DNA of 44,698 nucleotides from assembly GCA_017476885.1 (NCBI GenBank), contig JAFUYX010000061.1, positions 1 through 44,698 on the forward strand, given 5' to 3'. The notes beneath the pieces were generated by a model. It had not been told where the DNA came from. It saw only the letters and a list, made by a program, of their open reading frames with translations, and searched no databases. This stretch comes from Bacilli bacterium (GTDB lineage Bacteria > Bacillota_I > Bacilli_A > RF39 > UBA660). Shown piece after piece: positions 1 to 8,641 of this stretch (position 1 is its first letter; each line of letters opens with the position of its first letter). Made by a program: the position numbers and the translations under genes.

Positions 1-716
1 AAATAATAAATGGTATGAGTCCTGATGGAGTTCTTATCTATAATGGAGATAATGATATGCTAAAGACGATAGGAGAACTCCCTCAAAAGAAAATTACCTT
101 TGGTTTAGAAGAAACAAATGATTATAGAGCAACAAATATCAGTTTAAAAAATGGAGTAACCACCTTTCAAGAACAAGACAATGCCTACCAAATTCCCGTG
201 TTAGGAGAAGTATTTGTCTATAATGCTTTAGCTTCAATTGCTGTAGCAAGAGAACTAGGGTTGAGTACAGAAGAGATTCAAGAAGGCTTAAAGAATTTAG
301 AGATGACTAAAGATCGGATGCAACTCATTCACACTTCCAAATACACCATTTTAAATGATACTTACAATGCCAATCAAGAGGCCATGAAAAGTGCCATAGA
401 TACCTTATCTACCTTTGAAGGAAGAAAAGTGGCGATTCTAGGAGATATGTTAGAACTAGGAGAGTATGAAAAAGAAATTCATGAACAGATAGGAGAATAT
501 CTCAACGGAAAAGTCGACCTTTTAATTACGATTGGAGAGATTAGTAAGCATATAAATAAGAAATGCAATCAAGAGAATGTTCATTTTACAACCAAAGAAG
601 AAGCCATGGAAGAACTTCCAAAACGCTTAAAAGAAAAAGATACCATACTAGTCAAAGCAAGTCATGGTCTAAAACTAGGAGAAATTGTGAATTTTTTACA
701 AAATGAATTGAAATAA
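1..716 (+). CDS. murF: UDP-N-acetylmuramoyl-tripeptide--D-alanyl-D-alanine ligase MurF, C-terminal part (5' end outside window)
   Basis: Frame is open to position 1 (..IINGMSPDGVLIYNGDND). Mur-ligase motifs NDTYNANQEAM, VAILGDMLELGE, LVKASHG. Stop at 714-716. Confidence 0.85.
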   Translation, partial: IINGMSPDGVLIYNGDNDMLKTIGELPQKKITFGLEETNDYRATNISLKNGVTTFQEQDNAYQIPVLGEVFVYNALASIAVARELGLSTEEIQEGLKNLEMTKDRMQLIHTSKYTILNDTYNANQEAMKSAIDTLSTFEGRKVAILGDMLELGEYEKEIHEQIGEYLNGKVDLLITIGEISKHINKKCNQENVHFTTKEEAMEELPKRLKEKDTILVKASHGLKLGEIVNFLQNELK

Positions 717-775
717 ACCAGATTTTATGGTAAATTATTATTGTTATTCATGAGGAATTGTCTTATTCCTTTTCT

Positions 776-852
776 GGTCCGTTGGTGAAGTGGCTTAACA
801 CATAGCCCTCTCAAGGCTACATTCAGGAGTTCGAACCTCCTACGGATCACCA
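776..852 (+). tRNA. tRNA-Glu, anticodon CUC, CCA encoded
   Basis: Hand-folded cloverleaf. 7-bp acceptor GGTCCGT/ACGGATC. T arm AGGAG-TTCGAAC-CTCCT. Anticodon arm TAGCC-CTCTCAA-GGCTA gives CTC. Backbone GGxCCGTTGGTxAAG resembles Firmicute tRNA-Glu. Discriminator A followed by CCA. Confidence 0.8.
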
Positions 853-865
853 AGTTTGTTTATAA

Positions 866-888
866 AGTCCTTATAATAAGGATTTTTT
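866..888 (+). terminator. weak hairpin plus T-run after the tRNA
   Basis: tcctt-ataat-aagga followed by TTTTTT. Confidence 0.3.
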
Positions 889-909
889 CATATAAAGGAA
901 GTGTGGGAA

Positions 910-1548
910 ATGCGTTATAACGTGGTAAAAGATGCCGGTAGAATCATTAAAAAATCAAACTACATTGCGGAAAATCCAAAATCTAATAAGAATCACTGGA
1001 ATCAAGTTTTTGGAAATTCCAATCCCATCTGCTTAGAACTAGGAATGGGAAGAGGAGAATTCATTAAGGGAATGGCCAAGAAATATCCCAATAAGAATTT
1101 TATTGGTTTAGAACTGGATGAAAATCAAATTGCTACTGCTGCAACCAAACTAGAAGGATTAACTTTAAAGAATCTAAAACTCATCCATGCGGATGCTTCG
1201 ACGATAGCTGATATTTTTGGCAAAGAAATTGATACCATTTATTTAACCTTTTCAGAACCATGGCCAAAACCTCACGATGAGAAAAGAAGATTTACTCATC
1301 CATCTTACCTTAGAATCTATGATCGAGTATTTAAAAAGAACAAACACATTATTTTAAAAACTGATAATAAAAAGTTATTTGCATACTCTCTAGAAACCCT
1401 ATCTCAATATTGGTATTCTTTTGAAAGAGTCAGTTTAGATTTACATCGAGACGAAAACCCAATTGAAAATATTATGACTGATTTTGAAACCCAGTATTAC
1501 AAAGAAGGAAGACCTATCTACTATGTAGATGCAACTTTCGAATCTTAG
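910..1548 (+). CDS. trmB: tRNA (guanine46-N7)-methyltransferase TrmB
   Basis: SAM-MTase motif LELGMGRGEF; FSEPWPKPHDEKRR signature. ATG at 910 follows RBS AAAGGAAG (the track ORF begins at GTG 901). Confidence 0.9.
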   Translation: MRYNVVKDAGRIIKKSNYIAENPKSNKNHWNQVFGNSNPICLELGMGRGEFIKGMAKKYPNKNFIGLELDENQIATAATKLEGLTLKNLKLIHADASTIADIFGKEIDTIYLTFSEPWPKPHDEKRRFTHPSYLRIYDRVFKKNKHIILKTDNKKLFAYSLETLSQYWYSFERVSLDLHRDENPIENIMTDFETQYYKEGRPIYYVDATFES

Positions 1549-1613
1549 AAAAAGTACTATTGCTTTTTCTTTTTTCTTGGTATAATGGATAAGAATAAAA
1601 GGAGTAAACAAAT

Positions 1614-2261
1614 ATGAAAATTGCATTAATTAATGAAAATAGTCAAAAAAAGAAAAACTCTCTTATTTTAGGAGTTCTAAATAAAGTGGCCCAAAAATAT
1701 GGACATGAAATCTATAACTATGGAGCCAGTGAAGACAAGGAAGCAAACATCGATTATGTAGGAGCAGGGCTCTTAACGGGAATTTTATTAAATACCAAGA
1801 CTGTTGATTTTGTGATTACCGGTTGTGCCAGTGGATGTGGAGTAATGATGGTAGCAAACACTTTACCAGAAGTAGAATGTGGTTATGTAGCAGACGCAAT
1901 AGACGCTTCGTTATTTGCCCGTGTGAATGCCGGAAACGCCATTTCCATTCCTTTTGGAAAATACTTTGGAACAGGAGCAGAACTCAATTTAGAAAACATC
2001 TTTGAAACGTTATTTTCAACCACACCTGCCATAGGATACCCAAAAGAAAGAGTAGAAATTCAAGAAAATCAAAGAAACGCTTATAAAGAACTAAAAAGTT
2101 TAAGTACCAAAGATATGTATACCATACTAGATAACATCGACAAAGATTTATTAAAAGGAATTGTGAAAAACGATTACTTTGAAGAATTCTTTTTTGCTAA
2201 TTCTTTAGATGACGTCATAGGTGAGTATTTAAAAGAGTTCATCGATGGATTAGATTCTTGA
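1614..2261 (+). CDS. RpiB/LacA/LacB-family sugar-phosphate isomerase-like protein (long 215-aa form)
   Basis: DFVITGCASGCGVMMVANTLP..VNAGNAISIPFG parallels the RpiB CGTGIG..ANK..N.L.LG core. RBS AAAGGAG upstream. Confidence 0.6.
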   Translation: MKIALINENSQKKKNSLILGVLNKVAQKYGHEIYNYGASEDKEANIDYVGAGLLTGILLNTKTVDFVITGCASGCGVMMVANTLPEVECGYVADAIDASLFARVNAGNAISIPFGKYFGTGAELNLENIFETLFSTTPAIGYPKERVEIQENQRNAYKELKSLSTKDMYTILDNIDKDLLKGIVKNDYFEEFFFANSLDDVIGEYLKEFIDGLDS

Positions 2262-2329
2262 GATGTCGTCTATAATGATAAAAGAAATAAAAGTTTTTTA
2301 TAGAAAACTAGCCATTATTTTTTCTTTTA

Positions 2330-2338
2330 TGATATACT
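2330..2338 (+). promoter_or_regulatory. extended -10 element (TGaTATACT) upstream of the ABC operon
   Basis: TG at 2330-2331, TATACT at 2333-2338, about 25 nt before the ATG at 2362. Confidence 0.3.
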
Positions 2339-2361
2339 CTAGTTAAGAGAGGAGAAAACTT

Positions 2362-3261
2362 ATGCTAAAAGTAGAAAATGTCACCAAATACTATGGAGAC
2401 AATCTAGCTGTAGACAACTTGTCTTTTGAAGTTCAAGACGGAGAAATATTTGGGCTTCTAGGAGTCAATGGTGCGGGTAAAACAACAACATTTCGAATGA
2501 TTATAGGACTCTTAAATCCAACCTCAGGAAAAATCACCTTAAATGGTTCTCCAATCAACTATGATGTGACAGACAGCATTGGCTTTTTAACCGAAGAGAG
2601 AAGCCTACTCACCAAGATGACCGTGAAAGAACAATTAATCTACTATGGAACCTTAAAAGGGATGAAGGAAAAAGATATTTTAGAAAGAATGGATGAATGG
2701 TTAAAAAAATTTGAGATTAGCGAGTACAAAGATCGAAAAATCAAAGAACTATCCAAAGGAAATCAACAGAAAGTTCAGTTTATCTCGGCTGTGATAAATA
2801 ATCCAAAACTACTCATTTTAGATGAACCATTCTCAGGACTAGATCCTATCAATGTTGAAATGTTCATGTCAGCCATTAAAGTGTTTAAAGAGAAAGGAAG
2901 CAGTATTATCTTCTCGTCTCATCGGATGGAACATGTGGAATTGTTTTGTGAAAAACTGGTCATCCTAGTCAAAGGAAAAAGTGTCCTAAAAGGAGAACTT
3001 AAAAAAATTAAAAAGGATTATCGTAAAAAGAATATTCATATCAAAGGAGATGTGGATGAAGAGATTTTGAAAAAAATAGAAGGAGTTGTTTCTGTAGAAA
3101 AGAACGCCGAAGAATATATCGTTAAAATTGAAAGTGATGATTATATTGATGATGTATTTGATAAAATCAAAAAATCAAAACACATTACGAAGTTTTCAGT
3201 AGAAGATCCAACCTTAAATGAAATCTTCCTAAGCAAGGTAGGTGAAGCTTATGAAAACTAA
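2362..3261 (+). CDS. ABC transporter ATP-binding protein (NatA/ABC-2 type)
   Basis: Walker A GVNGAGKTT, signature LSKGNQQK, Walker B LLILDEP, H-loop SSHRM. Confidence 0.92.
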   Translation: MLKVENVTKYYGDNLAVDNLSFEVQDGEIFGLLGVNGAGKTTTFRMIIGLLNPTSGKITLNGSPINYDVTDSIGFLTEERSLLTKMTVKEQLIYYGTLKGMKEKDILERMDEWLKKFEISEYKDRKIKELSKGNQQKVQFISAVINNPKLLILDEPFSGLDPINVEMFMSAIKVFKEKGSSIIFSSHRMEHVELFCEKLVILVKGKSVLKGELKKIKKDYRKKNIHIKGDVDEEILKKIEGVVSVEKNAEEYIVKIESDDYIDDVFDKIKKSKHITKFSVEDPTLNEIFLSKVGEAYEN

Positions 3262-4576
3262 ATGCAAGTTCTTGATTAAACAAAGTTTGAACAAAAAGAT
3301 AAATACCAAATCATTCAAAATCGTCAACGTCTTACTGTGTCTCCTCCTTATTGGTTTATCCAATATGGACCGAATTGTTGCTTTCTTTGGTGGAGATTTT
3401 GCCAACGAAGTGACAATTGTCGTCAAAGATGACGTAGGCGTTGCTCAAAGTTTTAAGACTTTATTTGAAGAAAACGTCAAACTCTTACAAGATTCCAAAT
3501 CTTTTAAAATCGAAGAAGCAGATGAAACTTTAGATAAAGAAATCGAAGAGATGAACTTAGAAGAGAATCGTGAAAAGAGAATCGTTCTTCATATTGAGAA
3601 TGACGATGCAAATTATTTAAAAGTCAATATTATCAGTTATGATGAAAACTCAACCGTGACCAATCAAATGATCATTTCTACGTTAAATACAATCAAATAT
3701 AACATGGCTGCTGTAGCAAATGGAATCACTCCAGAAATCCTAGATAGTTTATCTACCCCAATTGAAACAAAAATTACACTAACCAATGAAGAGGCTCAAA
3801 ACCAAAATGGAAAAGATGTAATCTCTGCTATAGTGACCTTAGTCATTATTATGCCATGTTTCTTCTTAATTGTTTATTTAGTTCAAATGATTGGAGCAGA
3901 AGTGAACGATGAAAAAACTTCAAGGGGAATGGAAATCATAATTTCCAATGTTTCTCCCAAAGTGCACTTCCTATCTAAAATCATTGCTGGAACTTCCTTT
4001 GTTCTAATTCAAAGTGTATTGATTTTCTTATATGGAGTAATTGCCATTTTGATTCGTCAAGCACTAGGCGGAAACGATGCCATAATGAGTTTAGATGCGG
4101 TAAGCAAAGCAGGTTCTCTATTAGAGACAGTAAAATCTTCTGGAGTAATAGAAACTCTATTACAAGGCCTTCCATGGATTATTCTATTACTAGTTGTGTC
4201 ATTCCTTGCTTATGCAATCTTAGCAGGAGTGCTTGCCTCAGTCACTACAAGCAATGAAGATTTTCAACAATTGCAAACACCACTCATGCTTGCCATTATG
4301 GCGGGGTATTACTTAGCTATTATTGCGGTAGGGTTTGAAGGAGCAGTATTCATCAAAGTGGCTTCCTACATTCCAATGCTTTCCTTCATGCTTTCCCCAG
4401 TCCTATTCATGTTAGGTCAAATTACCATTTGGGAACTAGCAATTTCAACACTGATTATGATTGTATTTACAGGAATTATATTTAAATATGGACTAAGAAT
4501 CTATAAAGTAGGAATTTTAAACTACTCCTCAAGCAATTTATGGAAAAAAATGTTTGAATCTATTAAGCAGAAATAA
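3242..4576 (+). CDS. ABC-2 type transporter permease (NatB-like)
   Basis: Overlaps the ATPase stop. N-terminal TM, large extracytoplasmic loop, then 5-6 C-terminal TM helices. Start is GTG 3242 or ATG 3251. Confidence 0.75.
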   Translation: MKLMKTKCKFLIKQSLNKKINTKSFKIVNVLLCLLLIGLSNMDRIVAFFGGDFANEVTIVVKDDVGVAQSFKTLFEENVKLLQDSKSFKIEEADETLDKEIEEMNLEENREKRIVLHIENDDANYLKVNIISYDENSTVTNQMIISTLNTIKYNMAAVANGITPEILDSLSTPIETKITLTNEEAQNQNGKDVISAIVTLVIIMPCFFLIVYLVQMIGAEVNDEKTSRGMEIIISNVSPKVHFLSKIIAGTSFVLIQSVLIFLYGVIAILIRQALGGNDAIMSLDAVSKAGSLLETVKSSGVIETLLQGLPWIILLLVVSFLAYAILAGVLASVTTSNEDFQQLQTPLMLAIMAGYYLAIIAVGFEGAVFIKVASYIPMLSFMLSPVLFMLGQITIWELAISTLIMIVFTGIIFKYGLRIYKVGILNYSSSNLWKKMFESIKQK

Positions 4577-4637
4577 AAGGGATACTTGAAAGTTCTCTTT
4601 TTTTACTCTATAATGGATATAGAAAGTAGGTAAGTTA

Positions 4638-5639
4638 ATGAAATATATTACATTTGCAGTTCCATCTTATAATTCACAAGATTATATGGAGCATTGTATC
4701 AACAGTTTATTAAAAGGTGGAGAAGATGTAGAAATTATTATTGTTAATGATGGCTCTAAAGATAACACCAAAAAAATCGCGGATAAATATGCAAAAGAAT
4801 ATCCTAGCATTGTAAAAGCAGTTCACAAAGAAAATGGAGGCCATGGTTCAGGGGTCAATAAAGGATTAGAATTAGCCACAGGACTTTATTATAAAGTAGT
4901 AGACTCTGATGATTGGGTAGATGAGAATGCATTAAAAAAAGCCTTAGAAACCATTAAAAAACTTCATAAAGAAAAAAAAGATGTGGACATGATGGTAGTC
5001 AATTACGTCTATGAAAAAGGAGACAAACAAAAAGTCATATCTTATGAAGGAACTCTCCCAGAGAATAAAGTATTTACTTGGGATGAAGTGGGGAGATTTA
5101 AAACAGGACAGTATTTGCTTATGCATTCCGTTCTTTATAATACAGAATTTTTAAGAGGTACAGGAATAAAACTACCAGAACACACCTTCTATGTAGATAA
5201 CATCTTTGTATACTATCCACTTCCGCATATTAAAACAATGTATTATTTAAATGTTGATTTCTATCGTTACTTTATTGGAAGAGAAGACCAAAGCGTCAAT
5301 GAACAAACAATGATCAAAAGAATTGATCAACAAATCTTTGTTACTAAAACGATGATTGATTTCTTTAATCCATATGATTACTGGGAAACAAATAAAAAAT
5401 GTGCAAAGTACCTAATTCACTACATAGATATTATGATGAGCGTTTCAACCATCTTAATGCAAGTATCAAATACGGAAGAGAATATGGAGAAAAAGAAAGA
5501 ACTATGGGCATATTTAAAAGAAAAGAACAGCAAACTATATAAAACCTGTAAAATTTCGGTATCAGGATTGAGTAACTTACCAAAATTCATCTCTATTCCA
5601 GGATATAGAATTGCTCAAAAAATCTATAAATTTAATTAA
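4638..5639 (+). CDS. family 2 glycosyltransferase
   Basis: FAVPSYNSQDYMEHCINSLL..IIIVNDGSKDNT..VDSDDW, the GT-A/GT2 DxD architecture. Confidence 0.85.
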   Translation: MKYITFAVPSYNSQDYMEHCINSLLKGGEDVEIIIVNDGSKDNTKKIADKYAKEYPSIVKAVHKENGGHGSGVNKGLELATGLYYKVVDSDDWVDENALKKALETIKKLHKEKKDVDMMVVNYVYEKGDKQKVISYEGTLPENKVFTWDEVGRFKTGQYLLMHSVLYNTEFLRGTGIKLPEHTFYVDNIFVYYPLPHIKTMYYLNVDFYRYFIGREDQSVNEQTMIKRIDQQIFVTKTMIDFFNPYDYWETNKKCAKYLIHYIDIMMSVSTILMQVSNTEENMEKKKELWAYLKEKNSKLYKTCKISVSGLSNLPKFISIPGYRIAQKIYKFN

Positions 5640-5660
5640 AAAGACAGAGAGGGGAAGATT

Positions 5661-6554
5661 ATGCCAAACGCATTTATTACGAATCGAAGCGAAGTAGAAA
5701 CAATAATCAATTTAGTGGAATTCATAAGCATATTAAAAGAAAAAGGAGAAGAGCATTTATGGTTAAAAGATTTTCTTCGTTTTTACAAATCATTAAATGA
5801 ACAAGAACAACAAATTTTACCAAAAACCGAAAATGTTCCCATGCTAATTCAACAAATGTACAGGAATAAACTATTAAAAGTATTAGAAGAGATTCAAGAT
5901 GGAGAATACATAATATTAGATAATCCACAAAAAGAAAAATATGACAAACTTTATCTTGACCCCAAGAAAAAAGAGGAATTGGAATTACTGAATAAATTAA
6001 GCGAGAAATATATTGCCCACACGAAATCTTTAGAACCAATAGAAGAACAAAGAGATGAGGTACCAATAGAGAATAATATCATTTCGATAGAAGAGTATAG
6101 AAAGCGTTATAAAGACCAAGGAAGAAAGGAACGGAAAACAATTCAAACAATTCAAGAACTTTTTGAAAGTTTTTTAGAATATCTTTCTCAACAAGGTTTC
6201 AAATATGTTGAAAAATCAAAATTTAAAACTCTCTTTTATCCACAAGATCGAATGGTATGCTCACTAAAACTATCGTTATTTACAGGTAGAACGTTCTCTC
6301 CTGGTGAAGATACCGCAAAGCTCTATCAAAACTATTTTGAGAATACAAATTATCATTCTTCTATATTAAAACCAATTGATGCTGATTTTGAAAAGTATGC
6401 TTTGCCTGATTATTCTAACGCTGAAAAGAAGCAATACTTAGAAGAACAACTAACAGAAAATGATATACAAATCTTAGAGGCATTAGTTTACTGTTATCAT
6501 ACAGGTGTAGATATACTAGATTATTCTTCTACAAAAGAACAATTACGAAAGTAA
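5661..6554 (+). CDS. hypothetical protein (297 aa, charged, no TM segment)
   Basis: Long ORF with RBS GAGAGGGGA 7 nt upstream. I recognise no motif. Confidence 0.55.
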   Translation: MPNAFITNRSEVETIINLVEFISILKEKGEEHLWLKDFLRFYKSLNEQEQQILPKTENVPMLIQQMYRNKLLKVLEEIQDGEYIILDNPQKEKYDKLYLDPKKKEELELLNKLSEKYIAHTKSLEPIEEQRDEVPIENNIISIEEYRKRYKDQGRKERKTIQTIQELFESFLEYLSQQGFKYVEKSKFKTLFYPQDRMVCSLKLSLFTGRTFSPGEDTAKLYQNYFENTNYHSSILKPIDADFEKYALPDYSNAEKKQYLEEQLTENDIQILEALVYCYHTGVDILDYSSTKEQLRK

Positions 6555-6590
6555 GTTCTTTTTTTTTATCAAACGAGTATAATAATTTAG

Positions 6591-7055
6591 GTGATGAACG
6601 AAGTGATTTCTAAAGAAAAATCTTTGATTTACTACTTAACTTATTTATATGCTTCCAAAGAAGGAATCGTTCAACGAATAAATCAACTTTTATACCAGAT
6701 TGTTGTGACTGAAAAAAAAGAGATTCAAAAAGAACTCGAACAAATATTAAAATCGGAAATCAATCATCTAAAAATAATTGGAAAAATCCTCAAACAAAAC
6801 GGATATTATCCTGTTTTTGCTACAACCATTTCAAATACGAAAAAGTACTGGAATGCCTATGACTTATACTATGACCAAGATAATAAAAGCATTTTAGAAA
6901 TCGATATCGACCAAAAGAAAAAGGCAATTTTTCACTACCAATTATTTCTCAAACAAATCACGAATCCAACGATAAAAAAAACAATGGAACACTTCCTAGA
7001 AGAAGAATACATTTACTTAGAAAAATTATATAATCTTTATCAAAATGAAAAGTAA
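6591..7055 (+). CDS. ferritin-like / rubrerythrin-fold domain protein (tentative)
   Basis: Helical protein with E..H-type pairs (KSEINHLKIIG; EHFLEEEYIYLEKL), as in ferritin-like/CotJC-like families. Start ambiguous: GTG 6591, ATG 6594 or GTG 6603. Confidence 0.4.
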   Translation: MMNEVISKEKSLIYYLTYLYASKEGIVQRINQLLYQIVVTEKKEIQKELEQILKSEINHLKIIGKILKQNGYYPVFATTISNTKKYWNAYDLYYDQDNKSILEIDIDQKKKAIFHYQLFLKQITNPTIKKTMEHFLEEEYIYLEKLYNLYQNEK

Positions 7056-7132
7056 ATGTATAAGGAACTTATTTCCACTTTCTCTTTATTCTTTTTCATA
7101 TTATAATGGAAATAGAGAAGGATGGATGCCTT

Positions 7133-8641
7133 GTGTATGATGTAATTGTGATTGGAGCAGGGAATGGGGGATTGATGTCTGCTTTAACTTTACAAGAAAA
7201 AGGGAAAAAAGTCTTACTGATTGAAAAAGAAAACTACGTTGGAGGACTTTCTCATTCATTTGTCCGAGGAAGATTTGAATTTGATTTAGGACTAAGAGGA
7301 ATGTTAGGGTACGAAAACAATGCAACACAAGGGAGCCTGTATCACTTATTTTTAAGACACCAGTTAGAAGTAGAAGTTGCCTCTTCGAAAGAACTATATA
7401 CATTAATAGCGATGAATAAAAAAGAAATCTACGACCTACCAATCGGAATAGAAGATTTTATTGAAAAAATAGAAGAGTATGTACCACGCTCAAAAGAACC
7501 TTTAAAAAGATTTTTTGATTTAGTAAAAGAAGTAAATAAAGCTATAAAGTATTTAGAAGAAAACAATAATAATCCCAATAAACAGATTTTGAATAGAGAA
7601 TTTAAAAATTTCATGACCGTTGCCCCATATTCTACAAAAAGAGTATTACAAAGTATTCATATGCCTCCAAAAGCAAGAGAAATACTAGAAAGCTATGCCC
7701 TGTATTTAGGGTGTCCAGCAACAGAACTGAGTTTTGTTCATTATGCAAGAGTACTTGTATCTCTAATTCAAAATGGGTTTACCATACCAATTCATACCAG
7801 TTATGATATCACATCTCAAATATTTGAAAAATACAAAGAACTTAATGGGGAATATCTATTAAATAGTGAAGTAAAAGAGATTCTTGTGAGTCAAAATACC
7901 GCCCACGGAGTGATCTTAAAAAATGGTCAAAAATACGAAAGCAAATACATCATAGCAAACATATCAAAAAGAAAAGTACTAGAAAGTATGATCAAAAAAA
8001 ATCTAGTTCCAAAGAGTGCTATGGAACTAGAACAAGCGAGATCATTAGGAGCTAGAGGAATCGTTGTATACCTTGGTCTAAACAAAAGCGCAGAAGAATT
8101 AAATTTTAAAAAATACATGTATCTCATTTATAATAGTTTAGACTCTTTTAAAGAATTTAAAAAAATGAAAAAAACATTTTCTGGAAATATAGTGGCCACC
8201 ATTTATAATAATGCTTATGCTTCGTATTCGAAGAAGGGAACCTGTATTATGGAAATCTCTTCTCTTATCTATGGAGATGATTTTACCTGCCATGCAAACT
8301 CAGAAAACTATCTAGAAATAAAAGATAAAATCGCAGATCATTTTATTACGACATTTGAAAATGCAACAGGAAAGAAAATAAGAGATTCTATTGAAGAAAT
8401 GGAAGTAGCAACCCCACTGACTTTTGCGCGTTACTCAGGACATCCATCAGGAGTAATTTTAGGATATCTCCCATACAAAGAAGATGGCATGATTCCAAGA
8501 ATAGTGAACGCTTCCAAAGAAAAAGAAATTCATAATCTTTCTTTTTGTGGTTCGTTTGCTTCTCCTACGATGGGATTTGCCTCTTCCTTAATCAATGGCG
8601 AAAAAGTAGCATTGCAATGTATAAAGGAGATGGAAAGATGA
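7133..8641 (+). CDS. NAD(P)/FAD-dependent oxidoreductase, phytoene-desaturase (CrtI)-like family
   Basis: Dinucleotide-binding fold YDVIVIGAGNGGLMSALTLQEKGKKVLLIEKENYVGG. About 500 aa, as for CrtI-like enzymes. GTG 7133 is preferred because RBS GAAGGATGG precedes it, whereas track ATG 7106 lies inside a TATAAT box (7102-7107) and has no RBS. Confidence 0.85.
   Translation: MYDVIVIGAGNGGLMSALTLQEKGKKVLLIEKENYVGGLSHSFVRGRFEFDLGLRGMLGYENNATQGSLYHLFLRHQLEVEVASSKELYTLIAMNKKEIYDLPIGIEDFIEKIEEYVPRSKEPLKRFFDLVKEVNKAIKYLEENNNNPNKQILNREFKNFMTVAPYSTKRVLQSIHMPPKAREILESYALYLGCPATELSFVHYARVLVSLIQNGFTIPIHTSYDITSQIFEKYKELNGEYLLNSEVKEILVSQNTAHGVILKNGQKYESKYIIANISKRKVLESMIKKNLVPKSAMELEQARSLGARGIVVYLGLNKSAEELNFKKYMYLIYNSLDSFKEFKKMKKTFSGNIVATIYNNAYASYSKKGTCIMEISSLIYGDDFTCHANSENYLEIKDKIADHFITTFENATGKKIRDSIEEMEVATPLTFARYSGHPSGVILGYLPYKEDGMIPRIVNASKEKEIHNLSFCGSFASPTMGFASSLINGEKVALQCIKEMER

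Noticed and set aside
5722-6066. 114-aa ORF antisense to the 297-aa hypothetical gene
   Set aside because: It lies entirely inside a longer sense ORF that has a good RBS. It has no RBS of its own, and its composition is Leu/Ile/Phe-rich, typical of the antisense frame of Lys/Glu-rich genes.
7101-7442. 113-aa minus-strand ORF over the start of the FAD oxidoreductase (also 7429-7614 and 7927-8127)
   Set aside because: All are antisense shadows of a gene with an unambiguous dinucleotide-binding motif. They have no start context.
8545-8637. N-terminal extension of the FNR-like ORF overlapping the end of the flavoenzyme gene
   Set aside because: The ATG at 8638 has an AAGGAG RBS and an ATGA stop/start overlap. 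The extension (MWFVCFSYDGICLF..) is just the alternative frame of the upstream gene.
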